DNA of 64,000 nucleotides, taken from the NCBI GenBank assembly GCA_021735245.1, contig JAIPHJ010000006.1:2610-66609 (forward strand). Reading direction: 5' to 3'. A program made the translations under genes and the position numbers. Under the pieces are notes generated by a model that had not been told where the DNA came from, did no database searches, and saw only the letters and a list, made by a program, of their open reading frames with translations. The DNA is from Candidatus Bipolaricaulota bacterium (lineage in GTDB: Bacteria > Bipolaricaulota > Bipolaricaulia > M55B111). Shown piece after piece: positions 24,973 to 34,329 of this stretch; within the stretch, counting starts at the first letter, position 1; each line of letters opens with the position of its first letter.

Positions 24973-27233
24973 GACACGCAATAGAATGGCCTGATGGGGA
25001 ACGGAAATTACTATCAGTAAATGCCAGCCCCCTGTTCGACGAAGACGGTGGATTTGACGGTATGGTGGCGGTCATTGAAGCCATCACCGAGCAATTTAAA
25101 AATCAAAGGAAGCTCGAAGAGAGCAAAAAACGCTACAAACAACTATTCACCGAAACCAATGAAGGGGGTGCCCTCCACGAGCTCATCTATGACGACGAAG
25201 GCAACCCGATTGATTACACGATTCTCGAAGTAAACTCCAACTTTGAGTCGATAATTGGATTAACTGAAGGCGAGGTCAAAGGTAAAAAGGCAACCGAAGT
25301 CTACGATCGAGAGAAACCTCCTTATCTTGACCGTTACGCAGAGGTAGCAATTAATGGAGAACCGACCAGCTTTGAGACCTACTACGAACCACTAGGCAAG
25401 CATTTCAAGATATCCGTCTTCTCTCCGGAGAAGGATAAGTTTGCTACCGTGTTTACCGATATTACGGAACGAAAAGAAGCTAAAGAGAACTTAAAAGAGA
25501 GCGAGCAGCGTTACAGGAGACTTTTCGAGACCGCCCAGGATGGAATGCTGATCCTGAATGCGGATACCGGCAAGATAATAGATGCCAACCCCTTCATCCG
25601 GAACCTTTTAGGTTTTTCCAAACATGAACTGGTAGGTAAACAGCTCTGGCAAATAGGTAAGTTTCAGGATATTGTAGAAAATAGGGATAAGTTCAAAAAG
25701 CTCGTAGAAGAAGGCTACATTCGTTACGAACACCTGCCACTTAAGACAAAAAGTGGAGAAGAAGCTTCGGTCGAATTCGTTAGTAACACTTACGAGGTGA
25801 ACAGTCAAAAGATAGTCCAATGCAACATCAGGGATGTAACCGAACGCAAAGAAGCCAACGAAAAACTGGAGAAAGCAGTAAAGCAGTTCAGACAGGCCTT
25901 CCAGTTTGCCCCGTATCCCATGATGATCCATGCCGAAGATAGTCAGGTTATCGCTATCAACGATGCGTGGTTGGACATAACAGGTTGCGAAGGAGAAGAT
26001 ATTTCCACCATCTCTGATTGGACTGAAAAGGCCTATGAAGAAGCAAAAAATAATGTTACAGAGCATATCGAAAAGCTATACGAGCTTGAAGAACGGTTCG
26101 ACGAAGGCGAATACGAAATCCGGACAAAGGAAGGAGAGACGAGGGTCTGGGATTTCAGCTCCGCCCCGCTTGGCAAGGCAATAGGGGACGAAAGACGTTT
26201 AGTATTGAGCATGGCCGTTGACGTTACCGCACGAAAAAAGGTAATGTCTGAACTGAAAGAAAAAGAAAAAGAGATGTCCGTACTCTTCAACAACCTGCCC
26301 GGAATGGCCTACAGGTGTGAAAACAACAGGGAATGGACTATGAAGTTCGTTAGTCAGGGGGCCAGAGAGCTAACTGGTTACCATCCGGAAGATCTTATCG
26401 ATAACGCTTTGGTTTCATACGGAGAATTAATTGTTCCCGAAGATAGAGATAAAGTATGGAATGAAGTTCAACAGGCTCTTGATTCTGATCAACCCTTTCA
26501 GTTCGAATACAGGATAGAGACCAAGGAAGGGCAGGAAAAATACGTCTGGGAAAGGGGAAGAGGAGTATACACAGATAAAGGTGAATTGAAAAACCTGCAG
26601 GGTTTTATCAGCGATATAACCGAACGCAAAAATGCCCAAAAAGAACTTCGCCAGTCTTTCATAGAGCTTGCCGAGACCACCTCCAGAGTCTTAGGGGTCC
26701 GGGACCCGTACACCGAACAACACGAACAAAGAGTAGCCGAACTCGCACGGGAAGTTGGTAAAAGGATGGGTTTAGGGGATGACAAACTGCTGGGTCTATA
26801 TATTGGTGGTGTGTTACATGACATAGGGAAGATAGTCGTGCCGGAGACCATCCTGACAAAACCCGGCGAGCTAAAAGATGTCGAATGGCAAATGATAAGA
26901 TCACACCCGGAAGTAGGCTACAACCAGATACTGGAAGACACCGACTTCCCATGGCCCGTTGCCGAGATGACGCTCCACCACCACGAACGACTGGACGGTT
27001 CGGGTTATCCGGATGGACTGGAAGAAAATGAACTAACCACCGAAGTCAGGATACTCGGAGCGGTTGACGTGCTAGAAGCGATGAGCACCAGAAGGCCTTA
27101 CAGGGCAGCCAGAACGAAAGAGGAGACCCTTGAAGAGATAAAGAAGGGCAAAGAAGATAAGTACGATCCTAAAGTGGTTGACATACTTACCCAAATGATA
27201 GAAGAGGGAGAGATTCAGTTTGGAGGAAAGTAA
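24924..27233 (+). CDS. Multi-PAS sensor with C-terminal HD-GYP domain (c-di-GMP phosphodiesterase type)
   Basis: 769 aa. Several PAS repeats each end in DITERK/DVTERK. The C-terminal HD-GYP has HDIGKI and HHHERLDGSGYPDGL. The true N-terminus is probably at 24697 (see the previous feature). Confidence 0.85.
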   Translation: MPFEIVKRTEEPVYDVRHAIEWPDGERKLLSVNASPLFDEDGGFDGMVAVIEAITEQFKNQRKLEESKKRYKQLFTETNEGGALHELIYDDEGNPIDYTILEVNSNFESIIGLTEGEVKGKKATEVYDREKPPYLDRYAEVAINGEPTSFETYYEPLGKHFKISVFSPEKDKFATVFTDITERKEAKENLKESEQRYRRLFETAQDGMLILNADTGKIIDANPFIRNLLGFSKHELVGKQLWQIGKFQDIVENRDKFKKLVEEGYIRYEHLPLKTKSGEEASVEFVSNTYEVNSQKIVQCNIRDVTERKEANEKLEKAVKQFRQAFQFAPYPMMIHAEDSQVIAINDAWLDITGCEGEDISTISDWTEKAYEEAKNNVTEHIEKLYELEERFDEGEYEIRTKEGETRVWDFSSAPLGKAIGDERRLVLSMAVDVTARKKVMSELKEKEKEMSVLFNNLPGMAYRCENNREWTMKFVSQGARELTGYHPEDLIDNALVSYGELIVPEDRDKVWNEVQQALDSDQPFQFEYRIETKEGQEKYVWERGRGVYTDKGELKNLQGFISDITERKNAQKELRQSFIELAETTSRVLGVRDPYTEQHEQRVAELAREVGKRMGLGDDKLLGLYIGGVLHDIGKIVVPETILTKPGELKDVEWQMIRSHPEVGYNQILEDTDFPWPVAEMTLHHHERLDGSGYPDGLEENELTTEVRILGAVDVLEAMSTRRPYRAARTKEETLEEIKKGKEDKYDPKVVDILTQMIEEGEIQFGGK

Positions 27234-27235
27234 CG

Positions 27236-30097
27236 ATGGAGTTTACTGACCGTAACTGTCAGGAGTTTATGGAACAGCTACCGGAAGCGGTGTTCCTCGA
27301 GACACTGGAGGGAGATATACTCGACGTCAACAAAGAGGCCTGCGAGCTTCTGGGCTACAGCAAAGAAGAGCTGATCAACCTCGATGTTGAAGATCTGGAA
27401 CCGGAAGATGCCCCAATATTCCTCCCCGATCAAGTTGACGAGGCCACCCGCTCAGGGGAACCACTAAAAACGACTAAAATTAAAAAAGACGGAACAGAAG
27501 TACCTGTAGAGTTGAAGGGCAAAATTCTTGAGATCGAGGGCCAAAAGAGAGTTCTGGTAACCGTCAGGGATATTTCAGAACGGGTGGAGGCAAACGAAGA
27601 ACTCAGAAGAAACAAAGAAAGGTACCAGAGTTACTTCGAAGAACTGGGAGATGCGGTCTTTATAACCAAAGCAGGCGGCGAAGATCATAGCCGGATCCTC
27701 GACGCAAACACGGCAGCGGAAGACCAGACCGGTTACTCCGAGGAAGAACTTATCGGGATGAATTTGCTGGAAAACATCACGGCAGGAGAGCCGCTCGAAA
27801 TGGATTACGAAGAAGCGGACCAAAAACTCTCCCAGGGTGAAACGATAAGTTACACCGAGAAGAAGAGGCGAAAGGGTGGCACTGAATACTGGACCGAGGT
27901 GGTTGTAACCCCTATTGAACACGAAGGTGAGCGGGCAAACCTTTCCATCAACAGGGACATAACTGAACGGATGCAGGTAAAAGACCGGCTCGAACAGTAC
28001 AAAATGGCCGTGCAAGGTTCGGACGATTTAATAGCTACCTGCGACGAAGACTATAACTATATCTTTGCAAACCCGGCCTACAGAAGCTATTACGAAGTAG
28101 GGGAAAAGGAGATACGTAACTATAAATTAGGGGACTTGATCAGCGACCCTGCCTTTGAAAATGAGGTCAAGCCTCGGGTGGACAGGTGCCTGCAGGGTGA
28201 GAGGATAGACTACGAGATGGAACGTACTCATCCTACAAAAGGACCGAGGCAACTAAGGATAATGTACTATCCCCTCAAAAGTGAAGAGGGAATACACGGT
28301 GTAGTAGCGGTCATGAGAGATGTCACGGAAGTAAAAGAGATCGAGAAACAACTTGAAGAAACAAACGAGAGGCTCAGACAGAGCAGGGAAAGGTACAAGC
28401 GTTACTTCGATGAGCTTGGGGATGCAGTATTTATAACCAAAGTTGGCGAAGAAGATCACGGCTCCATTCTGGACGCAAACTCGGCCGCAGAAGACCAGAC
28501 AGGCTACCCCCTAAATGAATTGATCGGAATGAATATCGCAGATGACTTTACGGTGGGCAGGCCGGAGGAGTTAAGTTATGAAGAAATCGATGATAAATTG
28601 TCAAAAGGGGAGACAGTAAGCTTTACCGAAAAGAAGAGAAGAAAAGACGGAAATATCTACTGGACAGAAGTAATGGTCACTCTGATCGAGCACGAAGGAG
28701 ATCCCGCCACGCTTTCCATAAACAGGGATATTACCGAACGTAAGAGAACTGAACAAAAGCTAAAGCAAAGTCAGGAAAGACTACAGCTAGCCCTTGAAGG
28801 AACCGAAGCGGGAATATGGGACTGGAACTTTCAGACAGGGGAAGTAGTCTTTAATGAAAAGTGGGCTGAAATCATCGGCTATACGCTAGAAGAGCTCCAT
28901 CCTGTTACTATGGAAACGTGGGAGGAATTAGCTCATCCTGAGGATCTTAAGCGTTCGGAGGAGCTTCTGGAGAAACACGTTGACGGTGAAACCGAGGTTT
29001 ACGAGTGCGAAGTCCGGGTGAAGCACAAGAACGGGGACTGGATCTGGGTACTGACTCGGGGCAGAGTCGTGGATTGGGACGAGCAAGGGGAGCCGATCCG
29101 AATGGTGGGAACTCATCAGGTTATAACCGAAAGGAAGAAAGTGGAACAGGAGTTAAACGAGGAGCGGGATAAATTAAGACATCTCCATGATGCAGTGGAT
29201 CAGCTGCAACAGCAAAATGACGAAGAAAGTATCCTCCAGACTGCAGTCGAAGTTTCCGAAAGTATCCTAGATTTCGAACTCTGTGCTATCGACCTGATCG
29301 AAGGTGAATATCTCGAAACAAAAGCCATCTCCTCAGGCCTAAGCATTGACCAAACCAGTAAATATAAAATAGGAGAAGGAATTGGTGGATTAACAGCCGA
29401 GCGGGGTGAAACTATCTGGGAAGACGATTTAAGAGAACACCCTGAAGCCAAACCCACGAATAAAGAATTCCGGGCCATTATCAGCGTACCTATTGGTGAG
29501 GTCGGTGTTTTTCAGGTAGTTTCCAAGGAGGTGGGAAGTTTCGACAAAGAGGACGTGGAACTTGCCGAGATCTTATCCAATCACTTGCGGGAGGAAATAA
29601 GTCGAGTCCGTTTAGAAGAAGACCTGCGCCAGCAGGCAATACACGACCCCCTTACCGGGCTTTACAATAGAAGACATTTCAACATAACCCTCGATAAAGA
29701 AGTGGAAAGGTGTGCACGATACGGTCACAACTTGGCCTTCATAATGATTGACGTCAACCGATTTAAGGAAATAAATGATCGTTACTCCCACCAGACGGGG
29801 GATGAAGTGCTCCAGGAGGTCGCAGAACTGCTGCAAGCCAACGTAAGGGATGCAGATACCGTAGTCAGGTACGGTGGCGACGAGTTCCTGATTATGATGC
29901 CCGAGACCAATGGCGAGGCAGATACCACGGTAAAGCGACTCAGGAACAAGATTAAGGAGTGGAACGATGAATCCGATTTGCTGGACTTCCCCCTGACTCT
30001 GGCAATGGGAATATCTCACTGGAGCCCTGAAGAAGATATAGATGTGGAAGCGGCGCTTAAGAAATCGGACATAAATATGTACGGAGACAAGGGTTGA
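27236..30097 (+). CDS. Multi-PAS / GAF / GGDEF diguanylate cyclase
   Basis: 953 aa. PAS repeats, a GAF-like region, and a GGDEF domain with DPLTGLYNRRHF and RYGGDEFLIMMPE. The ATG lies 2 nt after the HD-GYP stop, with GGAGGAAAG inside the upstream gene's end. Confidence 0.9.
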   Translation: MEFTDRNCQEFMEQLPEAVFLETLEGDILDVNKEACELLGYSKEELINLDVEDLEPEDAPIFLPDQVDEATRSGEPLKTTKIKKDGTEVPVELKGKILEIEGQKRVLVTVRDISERVEANEELRRNKERYQSYFEELGDAVFITKAGGEDHSRILDANTAAEDQTGYSEEELIGMNLLENITAGEPLEMDYEEADQKLSQGETISYTEKKRRKGGTEYWTEVVVTPIEHEGERANLSINRDITERMQVKDRLEQYKMAVQGSDDLIATCDEDYNYIFANPAYRSYYEVGEKEIRNYKLGDLISDPAFENEVKPRVDRCLQGERIDYEMERTHPTKGPRQLRIMYYPLKSEEGIHGVVAVMRDVTEVKEIEKQLEETNERLRQSRERYKRYFDELGDAVFITKVGEEDHGSILDANSAAEDQTGYPLNELIGMNIADDFTVGRPEELSYEEIDDKLSKGETVSFTEKKRRKDGNIYWTEVMVTLIEHEGDPATLSINRDITERKRTEQKLKQSQERLQLALEGTEAGIWDWNFQTGEVVFNEKWAEIIGYTLEELHPVTMETWEELAHPEDLKRSEELLEKHVDGETEVYECEVRVKHKNGDWIWVLTRGRVVDWDEQGEPIRMVGTHQVITERKKVEQELNEERDKLRHLHDAVDQLQQQNDEESILQTAVEVSESILDFELCAIDLIEGEYLETKAISSGLSIDQTSKYKIGEGIGGLTAERGETIWEDDLREHPEAKPTNKEFRAIISVPIGEVGVFQVVSKEVGSFDKEDVELAEILSNHLREEISRVRLEEDLRQQAIHDPLTGLYNRRHFNITLDKEVERCARYGHNLAFIMIDVNRFKEINDRYSHQTGDEVLQEVAELLQANVRDADTVVRYGGDEFLIMMPETNGEADTTVKRLRNKIKEWNDESDLLDFPLTLAMGISHWSPEEDIDVEAALKKSDINMYGDKG

Positions 30098-30398
30098 TAG
30101 GTAAACCGTCAGTTTTTATCGCAAATAAAAGCTGCCCTCCTTACCGAACCGGTGTAGACGCCGCACCTTGCTTAAACTTCCGATAATACGTCTTAAAGGT
30201 CCTTGAATATTATTCCCCTCTCAGCTGGATATAATAGGGAGTTTATACCTTCATTCCTACTTACTCTATAATGCCCGTCCAAGGAGGTGATGAGGTGAAA
30301 AAGACAATAGCAACTTTAATGGTCTGTGTCTTTTGTGGCACTCTCGTAACCCCCTTGCTTTAGCCCAAGGGTAAAGTTCGGCCTACCGACGAGGCTAC

Positions 30399-30626
30399 AT
30401 GAAAGGAAAGGAAGCCGCGAATCAGGACATAAACAGGTTGGTTGGGGGTTTTGGGGGAGCACTCTGGGGAGTCTTTGCTTTTTTCTTATCCGGTTGTGGT
30501 TTCACTAACTAGCCACCAAACGCTAGTTTTAGCGCTAGTCCTACAAGCGGAGATGCACCACTAGAAGTATCGTTTGATGCTTCCGGTTCCTCGGATTCTG
30601 ACGGAAGCATAAGTTGCGTTGTGTAA
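30399..30626 (+). pseudogene. Remnant of a lipoprotein with PKD-like domain (in-frame TAG at 30510-30512, truncated)
   Basis: Manual translation gives MKGKEAANQDINRLVGGFGGALWGVFAFFLSGCGFTN* (lipobox-like LSGC), then in the same frame PPNASFSASPTSGDAPLEVSFDASGSSDSDGSISCVV* (start of a PKD-type fold). Upstream, 30295-30363 encodes an orphan signal-peptide-like 22-aa ORF behind TATAAT and AAGGAGG. Confidence 0.4.
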
Positions 30627-30704
30627 CAGGATGAATCTCCTTACCGGGTCCAAATCTCCTTGAAAACTTTCTCTTCACCATGAAAATAAATCGGTGCGTT
30701 TTAA

Positions 30705-31814
30705 ATGGAAGAAAACCTAAAACAGAATTTTCGGTTCACCCTTGAGGAGTTTTCCGGAGCATTCGGGGACTCCATAACCGTGATTCCGCTCCTGATAGGG
30801 ATCGGTATTACAACGGAAGTAGGTCTACCACACCTGCTTCTGTTCTTCGCCGTTTTTCAAATAACCACCGGACTTTTCTATCGCCTGCCGATGCCGGTGG
30901 AACCAATGAAGGCGCTCGCCGGGCTAACAATTGCCGGGACGCTAACTTACGAACAGGCAATCGCGGCAGGGCTTGTGCTTGGTATCATGCTCTTGACCAC
31001 GGGGTCTTTGGGAGTGATGAAATGGCTGGACGAATTAGTCCCGGTTAGCGTGGTTCGGGGAGTTCAGCTCGGACTCGGTTTTCTCCTTCTGCGGACATCT
31101 ATCGGATACATAACTGATAAGGTCTGGCTGTCGTCCGCCGGAATAGGAATAGTGCTGGTCTTCCTCTTCCTGAAGAAAAAATACTCGGCTCCGGACCTTT
31201 CTGCCTTTATTGTCCTCCTGCTGGGAGTAGCCTACGGGGTTTACTTCAACGGAGCGCCTGATATTGCGATTATGGAGCTACCCGAGTTCCATTTCCCGAA
31301 CATGGCTGATTTTCCCAGAGGGGTTGCCCTCGGGGCTTTTCCTCAGTTCTTTCTGAGCGTCGGTAATGCTATACTGGCCACTTCGCTGTTGTTCAGGGAC
31401 TTACTTGACAGAGAGGTCGACCCTGACAGGCTGTCCCAGTCCATGGGGGTTATGTGTATCGTTTCCAGCCTGTTCGGCGGCTTCCCCGCCTGCCACGGAT
31501 CCGGGGGCCTTTCCGGGCAGTACAGGTTCGGGGCCCGGACGGGCGGTTCCAACCTGATCCTGGGGACGGTCTATCTGGGAATAGCGTTAATTGCCGGTTC
31601 GGCAGGGTTTTTAAACTTCTTTCCTCTGTCCGTTCTGGGTGCGCTGCTTGTATTCATCGGCCTCGAGTTGTGCCTGGCGGCGAGTCAAACTGACAAGTGG
31701 CATATAACGCTGACAGTAGGGATAGTCTCGCTGTTCACGAATATAGCTATTGGGTTCGGAGCCGGGTTGGTACTGGGAAAAACAATTAGTTATAAACAAA
31801 AAGTCGAGAAGTGA
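30705..31814 (+). CDS. SulP-related / MOT1-like inorganic anion (sulfate or molybdate) transporter
   Basis: 369 aa, polytopic. The N-terminal FRFTLEEFSGAFGDSITVIPLLIG resembles the conserved start of the MOT1/'putative sulfate transporter' family as I recall it. Confidence 0.6.
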   Translation: MEENLKQNFRFTLEEFSGAFGDSITVIPLLIGIGITTEVGLPHLLLFFAVFQITTGLFYRLPMPVEPMKALAGLTIAGTLTYEQAIAAGLVLGIMLLTTGSLGVMKWLDELVPVSVVRGVQLGLGFLLLRTSIGYITDKVWLSSAGIGIVLVFLFLKKKYSAPDLSAFIVLLLGVAYGVYFNGAPDIAIMELPEFHFPNMADFPRGVALGAFPQFFLSVGNAILATSLLFRDLLDREVDPDRLSQSMGVMCIVSSLFGGFPACHGSGGLSGQYRFGARTGGSNLILGTVYLGIALIAGSAGFLNFFPLSVLGALLVFIGLELCLAASQTDKWHITLTVGIVSLFTNIAIGFGAGLVLGKTISYKQKVEK

Positions 31815-31817
31815 AGG

Positions 31818-31906
31818 TGGCGGAGGAGGTGGGACTCGAACCCACAGGGCCATACGGCCTTACCGGTTTTCGAGACCGGCTCCTTGCCAAATTCGGTCAC
31901 TCCTCC
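31818..31906 (-). tRNA. tRNA-Ser, anticodon CGA, long variable arm, CCA encoded
   Basis: The reverse complement is GGAGGAG TG ACCGAATTTGGCAAGGAGC CGGT CTCGAAA ACCG G TAAGGCCGTATGGCCCTG TGGG TTCGAGT CCCA CCTCCTCC G CCA. It aligns position by position with the class II Ser tRNA architecture. Confidence 0.9.
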
Positions 31907-32166
31907 TTTTCCTGAACTTTATAGTAGCGCTGGAAGTCGCTGAGTTCAACCCGAGCCCTTAATTGATGATTCCGTTATCCCGTTAGTTAGAACTGGCTTT
32001 ACCGGATAGCTGGAAGGGCCGGAATATTTTTCCGGCCAGGGGAAGGACCGGGGTTCCCGATACCCAAAATATCCGGACGTTAACTGTGTTTTTTGTTGTA
32101 AACGGGAACCTGGATTGCTAAAATAATTTGAGTGCAGAGCTTATCTAATTTTTTAACGAGGGGAAG

Positions 32167-33042
32167 ATGTCGATACTGATAGATAGCTCGTCGAACGTCC
32201 TGGTTCAGGGTATTACGGGCGGAGAAGGGAAATTCCATACAGAGCAGATGAAGCAGTACGGTACCGAAGTGGTGGCCGGAGTGACCCCGGGGAAAGGGGG
32301 CGATGGAGTTCTCGGAGTTCCGGTATATAATAGCGTGAAAGAAGCAACTTCCGACCACGAAATCGACGTTTCCGTGATATTCGTTCCGGCAAAATTTGCC
32401 AAGGACGCCATCCTCGAGTCCGTGGACAACGGCGTGGAGCTGGTCGTCTGTATAACGGAAAATATCCCCGTTCACGACATGTCTCAGGTTTACCATTACG
32501 TCGAGAAACATACCGATTCTCAGTTGATCGGTCCCAACTGTCCGGGTGTCATATCGCCCGGAGCGAGCAAAGTCGGTATCCTGCCGGGTGAGGTCTTCGA
32601 AAAAGGAAACATCGGGATTGTTTCCCGAAGTGGAACGTTGACTTACGAGATCTCGTCCGAGCTGACAGATAACGGACTGGGCCAGTCTACGGTCGTGGGA
32701 ATTGGGGGAGATCAAATAGTTGGAACGAACTTCGTCGACGTTCTCGAGGACTTCGACCGGGACCCACAAACAGAACTGATTGTCCTGGTAGGCGAAATAG
32801 GGGGCTCGGAGGAAGAACGCGCCGCGGAATATATCGACGAAAACCTCTCAACGCCGACTGTTGGTTATATCGCCGGGTTCAGGGCCCCTGAGGGAAAGAG
32901 GATGGGCCACGCCGGGGCGATAGTCTCCGGAGAAGAAGGTACCGCAGAAACCAAGGCGAAGGTCCTGGAAGACCACGGTGTTCCGGTAGGCAGAAGCCCC
33001 GTGGAGCTGGCTGAGTTAGCTGCCGAGGCCATGGAATCCTGA
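32167..33042 (+). CDS. sucD: Succinyl-CoA synthetase alpha subunit
   Basis: 291 aa. SILIDSSSNVLVQGITGGEGKFHTEQMKQYGTEVVAGVTPGKGG, and a phosphohistidine loop MGHAGAIV. Confidence 0.9.
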   Translation: MSILIDSSSNVLVQGITGGEGKFHTEQMKQYGTEVVAGVTPGKGGDGVLGVPVYNSVKEATSDHEIDVSVIFVPAKFAKDAILESVDNGVELVVCITENIPVHDMSQVYHYVEKHTDSQLIGPNCPGVISPGASKVGILPGEVFEKGNIGIVSRSGTLTYEISSELTDNGLGQSTVVGIGGDQIVGTNFVDVLEDFDRDPQTELIVLVGEIGGSEEERAAEYIDENLSTPTVGYIAGFRAPEGKRMGHAGAIVSGEEGTAETKAKVLEDHGVPVGRSPVELAELAAEAMES

Positions 33043-33115
33043 GGCGAAAGCTTCTGCTCCCCGCCCGGTCTTGCTTTTGAGAATAAGACCAAATATGACG
33101 AAGGTTTTTTACGAA

Positions 33116-33140
33116 CCCCGGGTTGTTCCGGGGCTTTTTA
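33116..33140 (+). terminator. Hairpin plus T-run downstream of sucD, abutting the sucC stop codon
   Basis: CCCCGG-gttgtt-CCGGGG followed by CTTTTTAATTTTTT. It lies in the 95-bp spacer between the convergent sucD and sucC. Confidence 0.6.
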
Positions 33141-34286
33141 ATTTTTTGAACTCTTTTCTATAACCTCTTTCGCTCCTTCGTCCAGGGACTCTGCGGCGGA
33201 AATACCGTTTTCTTCGAGAATTTTTCGCCCCTGTTTTTCGTTGGTCCCGGTCAGCCTCACGACGAGAGGCAAATCCCCTCCTTTTTCCTCCAGGGCTTTT
33301 ACTATCCCTTTTGCTATTTCGTCACACCGGGTAATTCCGCCGAAGATATTTATGAAGAGGCCCTCGAGACCCTCCTTTTCCGTCACTATTTGATAGGCTT
33401 TTGCCATTAGTTCGGCGTCCGCACCTCCTCCGACGTCGAGGAAGTTCGCCGGCTGCCCTCCTTTCTGATCCAGGACGTCCAGGGTCGCCATTACGAGTCC
33501 CGCTCCGTTACCTATTACCCCTATGGTCCCGTCAAGCTCCACGTACTGTAGCCCGGCGTCGGCCGCTTTTCGCTCCAGCTCCGTTTTGTCCCTTCTTTCC
33601 TCGCCTTTGGGAAGGATCCTCTTTACATCTTCCATCGCGCGACTATCGTCGTCTATCTTTACCTTGGAATCCAGGGCCAGGAGGTCTCCCCCTTTCGTAA
33701 GCGCGACGGGGTTGATTTCAACGAGGGTTGCTCCGTACTTCTGGTAGGCCTGAAAGAGCTTTTCTACCAGGTCGTAAAATCCCTTAAAGACTTTGTCTTC
33801 GATTTCCGCTTCGTAGAGCAACTCCCTTATCATGTATGGCTGTAGACCCATTATGGGGTCGGGCCGAACCTTGTGAATTTTTTCGGGGGTTTCGGCTGCC
33901 ACTTCCTCGATATCTACTCCGCCCTCGACTGAAAAGATGACAATAGGGCCTTTGGTTCCCCTGTCCAGAAGCGCGGAGATGTAGAATTCCTGCTCAATAT
34001 CTACAGGTTCTACCAGCAGGAGTCGAGAGATCTCTTCTCCTTTGAGTTCCGAACCAAGAAGAGAGTTGCTAACCTCCCTGGCTTCTTCGGGACTAGCAAC
34101 TATCTTTATTCCGCCGGCTTTGCCCCTACTACCGACGGGAACTTGAGCTTTCACCACCGCTCTACCGTCCAGCTGGTCGGAGGTAATCCTGTAAGCCTCC
34201 TCGGGTGTTTCAGCTACGGCTCCCTCCGGAACCGTGATCCCCGCTTCCTTCAACAAAAGCCTGCCTTGATATTCCAGTAACCTCAT
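33138..34286 (-). CDS. sucC: Succinyl-CoA synthetase beta subunit (ATP-grasp)
   Basis: 382 aa. MRLLEYQGRLLLKEAGITVPEG and a C-terminal GGIVRCD-like motif (FGGITRCDEIAKGIV). Confidence 0.9.
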   Translation of the reverse strand: MRLLEYQGRLLLKEAGITVPEGAVAETPEEAYRITSDQLDGRAVVKAQVPVGSRGKAGGIKIVASPEEAREVSNSLLGSELKGEEISRLLLVEPVDIEQEFYISALLDRGTKGPIVIFSVEGGVDIEEVAAETPEKIHKVRPDPIMGLQPYMIRELLYEAEIEDKVFKGFYDLVEKLFQAYQKYGATLVEINPVALTKGGDLLALDSKVKIDDDSRAMEDVKRILPKGEERRDKTELERKAADAGLQYVELDGTIGVIGNGAGLVMATLDVLDQKGGQPANFLDVGGGADAELMAKAYQIVTEKEGLEGLFINIFGGITRCDEIAKGIVKALEEKGGDLPLVVRLTGTNEKQGRKILEENGISAAESLDEGAKEVIEKSSKN

Positions 34287-34329
34287 TCGGACCTCCTTTA
34301 ATTAATTCTTCCTGCGAGCTCGAGAACTC

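Noticed and set aside
23800-30700. Intact prophage or active genomic island at tRNA-Arg
   Set aside because: There are no phage structural, replication or conjugation genes. The integrase is inactivated. The content is signalling proteins and gene remnants, so at most it is an eroded island (reported as such).
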